Source: Thermodesulfobacteriota bacterium (GTDB lineage Bacteria > Desulfobacterota > Desulfobulbia > Desulfobulbales > SURF-16). Taken from it: DNA of 64,000 nt. The position numbers were made by a program, and so were the translations under genes. Positions 1-9,082 of the stretch are shown here, piece by piece (within the stretch, counting starts at the first letter, position 1; every line of letters begins with the position of its first letter). The stretch covers positions 1 to 64,000 of the forward strand of contig JBDLIE010000016.1 of assembly GCA_039715015.1 (NCBI GenBank), in the 5' to 3' direction. Under the pieces are notes generated by a model. That model had not been told where the DNA came from. It searched no databases and was given only the letters and a program-made list of their open reading frames with translations.

Positions 1-54
1 CCAACTTCTTAAGCCTATCAGCCCGTCCAACCAGATTGCTCCCCCTGTTTTGCG

Positions 55-1095
55 CTAACAGCTTGGATTTTCTGGCTCGGCATCGCATACAGGCCAAACG
101 GAAAAACGAGCGTTTTTCTTGACACCTACGCCAAGGGCTCCTTTATCTAGATACAATGCCCAGGCCCAATCTGTTTCAAAGAAGCTTGTGGTGGAGGACC
201 AGTAAACATCGCGGACATTCATAAAAGGATGATCTGAAGCCAAGGCAGGAGTGTGATTTGCGGCGTCTACCAGAGATTCCAGTTCATTGATATTGGGCAA
301 TCGCCAGTGGTCAATGGCGCCGGCTTTGGTTTTATTAAGTTCCCGTACCGACCTGAGGGCTTCGCGCCAGTTTAGCTGCATTCCGGCGGCATCAGCATTT
401 TTGAGCCACACCAGGTTGGTCAATTTATCCAGCACTGTAAAACCATTGTCCTGAAAGCGAGGTTTTGGCCAGGGGACAGCGCTTTGTAATGCGCTATGCT
501 GATGAGTATCGGCCCTGTCAATCTCTCGGCCTGAAGCATCATAAAATTTCGTCTGGCCTGTACGCGGCAATATGCTGCTTTTGCCGCGTACAGGCCAGAG
601 CAAATAGTAGTGGTCCTTTCGGCCATAAAACATGCGTGCTCCTTCCAGGTGCACATACCATGCATAAGCTGTGTTGATGGCCGCCGTGGAGGAGGTCCAG
701 TACCAACCGAGAAAAACATTGGCAAAGGGGTGGTCTGCTGGCAGTGCTGGTTTTTTGGTCTGGTAGCTCATTAAACTGCGCAGCTCGCGCCGGTTTGGCA
801 GCCGCCAGTCCTTGAACCCAAAGGATTCATTCATGTTCATGGAGGACACATAGTCGAGGGCTTCTTGCCAGTTAAGCGGAAATTCGGCCAAATTGGCATC
901 TTGGCTCCAGACTAATCCTGTAAGGTTGTCCACCACAACCCCGCCTTCAAGTTTAAAGCGGGGTTGTGGCCATGGCTGCCCTGATTTATATTCAGCATCC
1001 TGGCCGCTGTTGGTACAAGGCAGTTGGTGGCCAGCTGCATCATAACAGCGTCTTTGGCCAGTTTGTAAAACGAAATTGTTCATACTGTTTTCCAC
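55..1095 (-). CDS. DUF1566 (Lcl C-terminal, C-type-lectin-like) tandem-domain protein
   Basis: Two internal modules, each with TGQ..YD..G, WP.PRF, D.LT.LVW, WRLPN..EL.SL, YW.S.T and a final WPV. The start may be the ATG at 1083. Confidence 0.85.
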   Translation of the reverse strand: MENSMNNFVLQTGQRRCYDAAGHQLPCTNSGQDAEYKSGQPWPQPRFKLEGGVVVDNLTGLVWSQDANLAEFPLNWQEALDYVSSMNMNESFGFKDWRLPNRRELRSLMSYQTKKPALPADHPFANVFLGWYWTSSTAAINTAYAWYVHLEGARMFYGRKDHYYLLWPVRGKSSILPRTGQTKFYDASGREIDRADTHQHSALQSAVPWPKPRFQDNGFTVLDKLTNLVWLKNADAAGMQLNWREALRSVRELNKTKAGAIDHWRLPNINELESLVDAANHTPALASDHPFMNVRDVYWSSTTSFFETDWAWALYLDKGALGVGVKKNARFSVWPVCDAEPENPSC

Positions 1096-1428
1096 AAAGC
1101 CATTTTTTAAAATATCATAGCAGATATATGCCGTTTAGCTGGATTTTCATCATAAGGCTGTCTTGCAAATCAGCAGTGCCGCTCTTAAAAACAGCATGGG
1201 GTCTGCCATTCTCTCAGCATGATTTGGGGGATGATGGTTACGGTATGAATCAGACTGGATGATCCTCTTGACGTCACAGATTTCTGTCTGATATCGTAAA
1301 GTTGTATAAAGGCCGCTTTGAGCATATTCGATCATATTTCGGCCAATTGACTATTGCTCTATTAATATTATCAGCAAAAAAGCCTGTTTTTTCTTCGCTA
1401 TTTTTCAACTCTTGGCAGGAGAAGAATA

Positions 1429-2550
1429 ATGCCTGATTCAGCCACAAATTCGACAGAATCTGAACGTAGATTTCGTACCCGTCTGGTACTCCTCGCATTT
1501 ATTTTGTTTTCCGTGTTCGTAGCCGGTCTGGCCTATATGGCGACCACGCCAGCACAAACAGTCGGCTTGGTTCTCTCCTATACCGCCGGCCTCTCTATGA
1601 TTGTTTTGCCATGTACACTGCCGCTCGTTTTCGTCATTGTACCCATGAGTATGGGCCAGGATTATCGCAAGGGATTTACCATGGCCCTGCTTTTCGGTGG
1701 CGGGCTAACCATTACTCTGACCATGTATGCAATTTTCATTGCCCTGGCAGGGGATATGCTTGGTATGGACCAGGCGACCCGTATTATGCTGGTTATTGCC
1801 GGAGTGGCGGCATGGGTCTTCGGACTGGGTGAGTTGGGGCTATACACCCTCAAGTTACCGACCTATTCCGGCGGACTCCCAGATTTTATCATGCAGCGCC
1901 AAGATTATTTAAAGGCATTATTAATGGGCTTGTTTCTGGGGAATGCCGGGGTCGCCTGTCCAAATCCTGCATTCTATGTGCTGCTTACCTATATAGCCAG
2001 TGTCGGAAAGATCGGTGAAGGAGCCCTGCTCGGCGCCATTCACGGACTGGGCCGGGCAACTCCCCTGGTCTTTCTGGCCATCCTCGGCATGCTGGGGGTA
2101 AACGCCACCCAGGCGTTGCTCAAGCGGAAACTCGCCGTGGAGAAGGCTATCGGCTGGGGCTTGATCTTTGTCGGTTCGATCATTCTGACCATGGGGATCT
2201 ACGGTCATCACTGGCTGTTGGTTACCGGCGTCCATGAAGGGTGGACCAAGATTTTTACTCCGCCGGGAGTTGCCGAATATTCCTGCTGTATAGAGCCCCC
2301 CTGCACCGAGTGTCTGACCAGCGGCAGGTTCCCCAATAACACCTGCCTCTGCCGGCTGATGATTGAAGAAGGCCGTATGGACAATGTCTGTGATGAATGT
2401 CTCGGCGGTATCAGCGAAGGTAGAGGTGTGTTTGGTATGGCCAAACGAACGGCTCCCTTTGCCTTTACCACTCTGGGTGGACTGTTATTAGGCCCTATTG
2501 TCTGGGCCTGGTGGCGTCGTCGTCGGCCGCCACCTAATAAACAACTCTAA
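1429..2550 (+). CDS. CcdA/DsbD-family transmembrane electron transporter with a C-terminal Cys-rich insert
   Basis: Multiple TM segments; the two conserved Cys motifs (LPCTLP, ACPNP); an extra CC-CxxC-CxC-CxxC segment before the last TM helix. Confidence 0.8.
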   Translation: MPDSATNSTESERRFRTRLVLLAFILFSVFVAGLAYMATTPAQTVGLVLSYTAGLSMIVLPCTLPLVFVIVPMSMGQDYRKGFTMALLFGGGLTITLTMYAIFIALAGDMLGMDQATRIMLVIAGVAAWVFGLGELGLYTLKLPTYSGGLPDFIMQRQDYLKALLMGLFLGNAGVACPNPAFYVLLTYIASVGKIGEGALLGAIHGLGRATPLVFLAILGMLGVNATQALLKRKLAVEKAIGWGLIFVGSIILTMGIYGHHWLLVTGVHEGWTKIFTPPGVAEYSCCIEPPCTECLTSGRFPNNTCLCRLMIEEGRMDNVCDECLGGISEGRGVFGMAKRTAPFAFTTLGGLLLGPIVWAWWRRRRPPPNKQL

Positions 2551-2566
2551 GTAAATGGAGAAAGAT

Positions 2567-2806
2567 ATGAAGATTGATCTCTTGACTATGCCCGGTTGCG
2601 GCCACTGTGCCAGTGCCAAACAGGTTCTGGAAAAAGTCAAACCGGACTTTCCAGAATTGGAAGTTGTAATCCATGATATTACGGAAAAACCTGAGTTGGC
2701 CCAACAGTATATGCTTATGACTGCCCCTGGTGTCGTCATAGATGGGGAGCTGGTTTTTAGTGGCGGCCTGGATGAAAAAAAATTACGCGAACGTTTAACG
2801 GGGTAA
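2567..2806 (+). CDS. Small thioredoxin/glutaredoxin-like protein
   Basis: CGHC motif and TAPGVVIDG cis-Pro motif; GGAG RBS at 2557-2560 favours the ATG at 2567. Confidence 0.85.
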   Translation: MKIDLLTMPGCGHCASAKQVLEKVKPDFPELEVVIHDITEKPELAQQYMLMTAPGVVIDGELVFSGGLDEKKLRERLTG

Positions 2807-2825
2807 AGATACAGGAGGAATGATT

Positions 2826-2999
2826 ATGGCACAGGACCCGGTATGCCGTATGCAGGTTGAGGAAGAAAAAGCAGCAGCCACGGCAGAGTATAATGGACAG
2901 CAATATTATTTCTGCTGTTCGGGCTGCAAGGAAAAATTTACCCAAAACCCTGATCGTTATCTGCAGGCCCTTGGGCAACCAGAAAGACATGGTCAGTGA
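2826..2999 (+). CDS. YHS-domain metal-binding protein (57 aa, not in ORF track)
   Basis: My translation is MAQDPVCRMQVEEEKAAATAEYNGQQYYFCCSGCKEKFTQNPDRYLQALGQPERHGQ, matching DPVC.M...Y.G..YYFC...C...F..NP..Y. GGAGG RBS at 2814-2818. Confidence 0.9.
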   Translation: MAQDPVCRMQVEEEKAAATAEYNGQQYYFCCSGCKEKFTQNPDRYLQALGQPERHGQ

Positions 3000-3077
3000 A
3001 TTTCGCCGGTGAGTCTGTTGTATCTGTTTCAGGGGATTTAATTGCCGATCATTCAAGCGGTTTTTCTTAGAGGTGAG

Positions 3078-3192
3078 TTGTGATTTTTGTTAACACCTTG
3101 GCAACTATATCCTGTTGTCTCTTTATCGCCCGGAGGGCCGGGCTCCTACGACTTCATCCTAGGAAAGTGGCTGAGATTCGATGGTAATCAGA
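3078..3192. repeat. Degenerate REP-containing MITE-like repeat (family A)
   Basis: Minus strand 3121-3149 reads GTAGGAGCCCGGCCCTCCGGGCGATAAAG. 3168-3192 (tggctgagattcgatggtaatcaga) resembles the right ends at 47793-47820 and 55593-55620. Confidence 0.65.
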
Positions 3193-3252
3193 TACCTAGT
3201 TGTTCAGGCAACTCCTCTATGCAGTTAGCTTTTCCCTGTCGCAGGCCAGGCT

Positions 3253-3336
3253 CTGCCGGGCTGCCCTTTTCGCCCGTTGCACTGGCTGCGTCATTTTTGG
3301 GGCAAACAGCCAGCAAAGTGGGCGAAAAGTGACAAA
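3253..3336. repeat. Dispersed repeat family B, copy 1
   Basis: ctgccgggctgcccttttcgcccgttgcactggctgcgtca is nearly identical to 5821-5861, followed by a tttt...aaaagtgac hairpin. Confidence 0.75.
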
Positions 3337-3378
3337 GAGCCGGGCAATCAAGTCAAAAGATAGCTCGCAAAGGTCCCC

Positions 3379-3894
3379 TTACTGCTGATTAATATAGCCC
3401 ATCAACATCTGCACAACCCCAGGCGAGTCCCACTCAGCCGGGCCAATGAATTTCTCCCTCACCACCCCTTCTTTGTCGACAATAAAGGTCTCAGGCACTC
3501 CAGTTAAGCCATATTGGGGGCCAATCTTATTTTCCTGATCGTTAAGAATTGGCATGGTTATCTTATGCTTTGCCGCGAAGAAATCAGCATTGATCGGCTT
3601 GTCACTGTTGAGAATGGCAAGCATCTTAAATTTATCGGCAGGGAGCGCCTCGTAAAGGCGCTGCATTGAGGGCATTTCCTTAACACAGGGCGGGCACCAG
3701 GTTGCCCAGAAATTTACAAACACCACCTGGCCCTTTAATTCTGAAAGAGTCCATGTTTTGCCCTCTCTATCCATGAGGGTAAAGTCTGGAGCTGGCTTGC
3801 CAACTTCAGCCACCTCTTTTTGGGGCATTTGCCCACAGGCAGAAACGAGTAAAGAAACACAGCATGCCAGGATTAAAAATGATAATTTTCTCAT
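3379..3894 (-). CDS. TlpA/ResA-family thiol-disulfide reductase lipoprotein
   Basis: Lipobox-like VSAC; APDFTL, NFWATWCPPC and GVPETF motifs. Confidence 0.9.
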   Translation of the reverse strand: MRKLSFLILACCVSLLVSACGQMPQKEVAEVGKPAPDFTLMDREGKTWTLSELKGQVVFVNFWATWCPPCVKEMPSMQRLYEALPADKFKMLAILNSDKPINADFFAAKHKITMPILNDQENKIGPQYGLTGVPETFIVDKEGVVREKFIGPAEWDSPGVVQMLMGYINQQ

Positions 3895-3936
3895 AATACT
3901 CTCAGTCTCCAGATTTTACCCTTGATGGGGAATAGC

Positions 3937-4590
3937 TTATTTTTTGTAGGTTTCGCTTATCTCAGATTCAATGAGCTGCTGTAGTTGCTGATAGCCAAAT
4001 TCCTGCAGCGGTTTGCCGTTGACAAAGAAGCCGGGGGTCTTGCGAACATTAAGGGCTTTTGCATCAGCCATATCTTGCGCAATAATCCTGTCTATCCCTG
4101 GGTCGGTCATGTCTATTTTCAGCTTTTCCATGTTAAGGCCGGCAGCAGGAAGAAATTGCCAAATTTTTTGCGGCTGTGGATTATGGTGGCTTGCCCAGTA
4201 TGACTGAGACTTAAACATAACCTCCAAAGTCTGCCAGTATTTCCCCTGTTTTTTTGATGCCTCAAGAATTTTCACAAAATAATCAGCCCCTTGGTGAAAA
4301 GGAGCATAGCGCAGTACGAGTTTAATTTTGCCTGGATTCGTTTTCATCATATGTTTCACAAAAGGTGAAAACGCTGCACATGTTTCACATGCAGGGTCCA
4401 TGAATTCGACAAGATATACTTTGGCCTCCTTGCTGCCGAGTACCTGAGAGTGGTCTCGGATAAAAAGTTCAGCATTTTCCTGGGCCATAAAGCCTAATTT
4501 TTCGGCCTGTTGTTTTTTGTAGTAGGAGCTGCCGAAAATAAATGCGCAAATTAATGCAAGGCATGAAACTCCGAAAATCACATATTTCAT
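3937..4590 (-). CDS. DsbA/BdbD-like thiol-disulfide oxidase
   Basis: N-terminal anchor, EFMDPACETC active site, TPGFFVNG. Confidence 0.85.
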   Translation of the reverse strand: MKYVIFGVSCLALICAFIFGSSYYKKQQAEKLGFMAQENAELFIRDHSQVLGSKEAKVYLVEFMDPACETCAAFSPFVKHMMKTNPGKIKLVLRYAPFHQGADYFVKILEASKKQGKYWQTLEVMFKSQSYWASHHNPQPQKIWQFLPAAGLNMEKLKIDMTDPGIDRIIAQDMADAKALNVRKTPGFFVNGKPLQEFGYQQLQQLIESEISETYKK

Positions 4591-5024
4591 TTGGAAATTC
4601 TCCTGGTGAAGATGATTAAAAGGGCAATGATTGTTGAAAATGAAAGCAAAGAAAGCATGGGAATTGTCAAGAAGCCAAATAGGTCAATGTACTCTTCCGT
4701 GCACGAAACGCCTTGGCTGCACGGTTGAATGCTTTCTGGGATAATCCCGGCATAAAGGAGGTTGTGGTAGAGTGCTGTAAGCCAGCCGGTAATCGCTAGT
4801 GGCAAGGCGAACTTCGCAACATTTTTATCAAGGGGGAAGAGCCCTGTTGCCAGAATTATTACCAGTGGGAACAAACATATTCTCTGGTACCAACACAAAA
4901 CACAGGGGGCAAATTCCATCACGTAACTGAAAAACACACTTCCCATTGTTGAAAAACTGGCAACAAGCCAACATGCAAAGAGAAGATTCCAGCTAAGTGT
5001 GGATGGTTTATCTGATTGGGGCAT
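4587..5024 (-). CDS. dsbB: DsbB/BdbC-like disulfide bond formation protein
   Basis: PCVLCWYQRI motif, a second Cys pair (PCSQGVSC) and 4 TM segments; ATGA overlap with the DsbA-like gene. Confidence 0.9.
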   Translation of the reverse strand: MPQSDKPSTLSWNLLFACWLVASFSTMGSVFFSYVMEFAPCVLCWYQRICLFPLVIILATGLFPLDKNVAKFALPLAITGWLTALYHNLLYAGIIPESIQPCSQGVSCTEEYIDLFGFLTIPMLSLLSFSTIIALLIIFTRRISK

Positions 5025-5197
5025 ACATGTTCTCCGAAATTGAGATGCCTTTTATGGTCTGGTTATTGTCACAATGGTGTGCTCTGGAAGTATCAACTGC
5101 CACTGGCCAGAGTCAGCCATGAAGACGACGGATCTTGAGCTTTGCCTCAAAAATGAAATCTAACGAAGGCTGGGCTGCTGATGGGCGTGGAGGGGAA

Positions 5198-5680
5198 CTA
5201 AGCTGAGGGTGGGGGAAGATCCGTGGCGGAAAAGATAAATTTAGCGGTTGAAAAATGAGGTGGGAGTGAGTGGTGGTAAGAACTATCCGAAAGGCCTGTG
5301 TTAAGAGGGAGATAGCATTGCTCAATCAGGAGGCCAAGAGATTCATGGTCAGAAGATGTGATGCCCCTTTGGGCAATGAGGCTGTTTTTGCCGCGGAAAT
5401 AGCAACTTTGGCTGCTGTTGTGATGTTTACTGGAGAAATCGTTGAACTGAGCAGCAGGCGGAATTACCCTTGACGCATTTTCATCATCAGCATGCTGCAC
5501 TTGTTGATGATGAACTGCATCAAATTTGAGCAGCAGGCCATGGGTAATTTCACCATGGTCGTGGCAGTGGCTGATTGGGTGGCTGCCTAAATCGGTCGGC
5601 AAGAGTCCGGCGATAAAGAGGCATAGTAAAAGGATGTGCCGCAACCTGTGCTTATGGTAGTCGATGAATGTCAGCGTCAT
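5198..5680 (-). CDS. Hypothetical His-rich exported protein ending in DLPPP (possible leader/arrest ORF)
   Basis: Hydrophobic N-terminal segment, His clusters, C-terminus FSATDLPPPSA; lies directly upstream of dsbB in the same orientation. Confidence 0.55.
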   Translation of the reverse strand: MTLTFIDYHKHRLRHILLLCLFIAGLLPTDLGSHPISHCHDHGEITHGLLLKFDAVHHQQVQHADDENASRVIPPAAQFNDFSSKHHNSSQSCYFRGKNSLIAQRGITSSDHESLGLLIEQCYLPLNTGLSDSSYHHSLPPHFSTAKFIFSATDLPPPSA

Positions 5681-5820
5681 GTGCTTGGGGTAATCTCTAA
5701 TTGGTTTTACTGGAGATCATTGTGAGTAAATAAAGTTCCTTCTTGTTTTTTTTGGGGGGGGCTGTTCAGGCTGTTGACTTTCCTCCCCATTGCAGACCTG
5801 GCCTGCGGCATGCTCGCCTT

Positions 5821-5890
5821 CTGCCGGGCTGCCCTTTTCGTCTGTTGCCCTGGCTGCGTCACTTTTTAGGCAGCTAAAAAGTAACAAAAC
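5821..5890. repeat. Dispersed repeat family B, copy 2
   Basis: Same-orientation copy of 3253-3336, ending in the hairpin gtcactttttag-gcag-ctaaaaagtaac. Confidence 0.75.
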
Positions 5891-5934
5891 TTATTTCGAA
5901 GCAAGAAGGTAAATCCCCGCACCACAACCCTTCA

Positions 5935-7461
5935 TTACTCACTCAAATTATCATCCACAGCCGCCGCCTCCAACAACTGCGCATTAATAACCTTCTTGGT
6001 CTTGGCCCCCAACTTCTTCAACTTCTGAGTCCGGCCAACCAAATTACCCCGCCCACTGGTAAGGCGCTTATGGGCTGTATCATAACTATCAGTTGCTTTA
6101 TTCAGCTGATCCCCAACCTTCTCCAAGGCCTCTACAAAGAGAACAAACTGATCGTGAAGGCGGCCTGCATCGGTGGCAATCTGCAGGGCGTTGAGGTTCT
6201 GGTGCTCGTAGCGCCAGATATTATTGATGATCTGCAGGGTGGCCATCAGGGTGGAGGGGCTGACCAGCAGGATATTGCGGTTAAAGGCCTCGTTAAACAG
6301 GTTGGGCTCGTGTTCAAAGGCCAGGAGCAGGGCCGGCTCAATGGGCACAAACATGATCACCAGGTCCAGAGAGTTAACACCAATGAGTTCATCGTAGTTC
6401 TTGCCGCTCAGGTCGCTGATGTGGTTGCGCAGGGAGGCGATGTGGCTTTTGACCTGGCGCTGTCGGTCATCATCACTGTCAGCGGCGTGGTACTGTTCAT
6501 AGGCCACCAGAGAGACCTTGGAGTCAATGACCACATCCTTCTTCTCCGGCAGGTGAATCACCACATCGGGCTGCAACCGTTTGCCCTCCTCGTTCTGGAG
6601 GCTGACCTGGACCTCATACTCGCGGCCCTTGCCAAGGCCGGATTCCTCAAGAAGCCGTTCGAGCTGCATCTCACCCCAGTTGCCGCGCAACTTACTGTCG
6701 CCCTTGAGGGCCTTGGTCAGGTTAAGGGCGTCGGCGTCAATACGCTCGTTTAATGATTTAAGCTGCTTGATCTCGCTCAGCAGGGAGGCGCGTTCTTTGT
6801 TTTCCTTATCATAGACATGGTCCACCCTCTCTCTGAAGCTGGTGAGTTGCTCACGCATGGGGGTGAGCATGGATTCCATATTGGTCTTACTCACCTTGCT
6901 GAATTTCTCATGCTTTTCTTCAAAGATACGGTTGGCCAGGTTTTCAAATTCCTTGGTCAGTTTGACCTCGGCCTGTTCCAGGAGCTTGAGTTTATCTTCG
7001 CTGGCCTTGCGTTCCTCAGCGATCTTGGTCTGCAGGGCGGCATGGTCGCTATCAATGCTGTTCTTCTCGGTTCGGAGGGTGCTGAGTTCCTGACGGGCTG
7101 AGTCCCGTTCTTTGGTCAGCTCATCAATGCGTTGCAGCTCTTTGCTGAGGGAGGCTATGTCGGCCTGCAGGGAGCTGTTTTTGGTGGTGAGGTCCTGCCT
7201 CTCCTCATGTAGCTTATTACACTCGCTGAGGAGGGATTGATATCTGCTGCCTGCCTCCTGCTCCATGCGGGCACTCTCTGTTTCGCCTGCGGCGGCCCGT
7301 TCAGTCAGCACGGCAAGGTCGCGATCAAGGGCGGTAGTTGCTTCAAGGCTTTCCGTGAGCTTCTGTTTAAGGGAGAGCTGTTTTTTGAGGGTGAAAACAA
7401 GAGCTATGGCCATGAGGCCAAGGGCAAAAAGCCATGGTAAGATTTGGGATAACGGGGTCAT
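5935..7461 (-). CDS. rmuC: DNA recombination protein RmuC
   Basis: N-terminal TM and coiled coil; RGNWGEMQL, QPDVVIHLP, IDSKVSL, MFVPIE and SGRGNLV motifs. Confidence 0.95.
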   Translation of the reverse strand: MTPLSQILPWLFALGLMAIALVFTLKKQLSLKQKLTESLEATTALDRDLAVLTERAAAGETESARMEQEAGSRYQSLLSECNKLHEERQDLTTKNSSLQADIASLSKELQRIDELTKERDSARQELSTLRTEKNSIDSDHAALQTKIAEERKASEDKLKLLEQAEVKLTKEFENLANRIFEEKHEKFSKVSKTNMESMLTPMREQLTSFRERVDHVYDKENKERASLLSEIKQLKSLNERIDADALNLTKALKGDSKLRGNWGEMQLERLLEESGLGKGREYEVQVSLQNEEGKRLQPDVVIHLPEKKDVVIDSKVSLVAYEQYHAADSDDDRQRQVKSHIASLRNHISDLSGKNYDELIGVNSLDLVIMFVPIEPALLLAFEHEPNLFNEAFNRNILLVSPSTLMATLQIINNIWRYEHQNLNALQIATDAGRLHDQFVLFVEALEKVGDQLNKATDSYDTAHKRLTSGRGNLVGRTQKLKKLGAKTKKVINAQLLEAAAVDDNLSE

Positions 7462-7665
7462 GGGGTGCAGTATCTCTCTTTGCTAAGAAGGGGAAATGAA
7501 ACATGATGGTATAGAAGTACCATCATTAACAGGGCATGACTATCCTCTGAACCATATTTTTGTCAAATAGGAAATTGCTGAATCACTTTAAGGAGATTGG
7601 CGATGAGCCTCGCCAAAAGAGGCCAAGCTGGCTGATTAACTAAGAGCCTATTGCCATGTTTGGCT

Positions 7666-8112
7666 TTAAGCTTTTTTTGGCTTAACAGTTAGAACCGCGC
7701 AGGGTGCCATCTTCACCACTTTCTCAGCCACCGAGCCAAAAAGAATTTTCTCAATCCCCTGGTAACCATGGGTTCCCATGACAATCAAGTCCACCTCTCG
7801 CTTTTCAGCCAGATGGAGGATCTCGTGAGCCACATTGCCGATGAGTACGCACTCTTCAATCTTTGTTTCATTACTGAAGGTTTCAGTGAAACTGTGCATT
7901 CTCTCTTTGGCTGCCTTGTCTATCTCTTCTTCAATGGCGACAACAGGCATTTGCGGGATAAAGAAATCAGAATAGTCGTTATAGAGCTGGGCCACAAAAC
8001 AAAGAAGAATACTGGCCTTGAACTGCTGCGCAACGCTCAGGGCATACTCCATCACATGTTCGGCATTATCAGAAAAATCGATGGGGACGAGAATGGTCTT
8101 GATGGTAATCAT
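7666..8112 (-). CDS. Universal stress protein (UspA family)
   Basis: ILVPIDFS, DLIVMGTHG and GSVAEKVVKMAPC motifs; start chosen from the RBS position. Confidence 0.92.
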   Translation of the reverse strand: MITIKTILVPIDFSDNAEHVMEYALSVAQQFKASILLCFVAQLYNDYSDFFIPQMPVVAIEEEIDKAAKERMHSFTETFSNETKIEECVLIGNVAHEILHLAEKREVDLIVMGTHGYQGIEKILFGSVAEKVVKMAPCAVLTVKPKKA

Positions 8113-8223
8113 GGGCATCTCCAATTGAGGTGTGCGTAGATGTGTTCGTCTTGTCATTATTGTAGGTATTGATGATGGGTTTTGTCGAGTATCTTTAGAT
8201 GAGAAAAAATTTTTTTGTGAAAA

Positions 8224-8241
8224 TTGCGATAAGATTCACAA
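8224..8241. promoter_or_regulatory. Candidate Rex-like operator
   Basis: TTGCGAT-AAGA-TTCACAA matches 12 of 14 positions of TTGTGAA-N4-TTCACAA, in the usp/atp divergent region. Confidence 0.35.
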
Positions 8242-8656
8242 AATAGGTTTCAGGGTGAAAGACCGACTATTTTTTACAGGCAATTTTGTAGGTAGTTTGT
8301 TTGAGATTTCGATTTTTTGGGGAGGCCAGAAATGGCTGAAAATGGGTGGCAATTAATTTATATCTGTGACAGGTAAACACTAGGTAAATGTAGAAACTGC
8401 GCGGGTTTGTAGCCTTTTTAGGTTGGGGAAAAAGAGTTGACAGCCCACCTGTTCTATAGTAAGCAAACACAGGTTTAATGAGGGGCCATTCAGTGTTTGT
8501 CCTGAGAGAAATTTATACCTGCGAAATCTCGCTATGTTTGGGAAGGCGTTTAGGCGCGAGGCAGGTTTTTTTTAGTTTGAAATGTACGCTGCACTCTCTA
8601 GTCAAGTGAGACAAGCGGCAAATGCATGACAAAAAGAAGAGGAGGAAGGAAAACTT

Positions 8657-9082
8657 ATGATTACTATTGACTTGACTATGCCGATGCAGATCCTGAACAT
8701 CATGATTCTTATGATGGTGTTGAATGCGATTTTGTATCGTCCAGTCAGAAATGTCCTGGCCAAGCGCAAGGAAAAGTTGGAAAGCCTCGCAACGGATGTA
8801 GACAACTACAAGAAAAATGCCCAATTACGGGTTGAAGAATTTGATAATAAAATGAATGAAGCCCGCCGCAAGGCCAAGGCCGAGTTCGATGGAGCCAGGG
8901 CATCTGCTCAGGCAGCCGGAAATGAGAAACTTGCTGAGATCCGCGGTGAGGCCGACAAGGCCAAGGCCGAGCAATTAGGCACAGTTGAATCAGAATTCAC
9001 CGCTGCCCAGAAAGAGCTGACCGGCAAGGTCGACGACTTTGCCAAGGACATGGCCGGTAAAATTCTGGGGAGGGCTGTTTAA
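8657..9082 (+). CDS. atpF: ATP synthase F0 subunit b'
   Basis: N-terminal TM, ILYRPV and coiled coil; first gene of the atp cluster. Confidence 0.9.
   Translation: MITIDLTMPMQILNIMILMMVLNAILYRPVRNVLAKRKEKLESLATDVDNYKKNAQLRVEEFDNKMNEARRKAKAEFDGARASAQAAGNEKLAEIRGEADKAKAEQLGTVESEFTAAQKELTGKVDDFAKDMAGKILGRAV

Noticed and set aside
55..1428. DUF1566 gene as a diversity-generating retroelement target
   Set aside because: I found no template repeat differing only at adenines and no reverse transcriptase in the window. The two modules look like an old duplication. Sequence left of the window is unseen.
5746..5761. T8G8 run as a phase-variable switch
   Set aside because: I could not place it within recognisable promoter elements or a coding frame.
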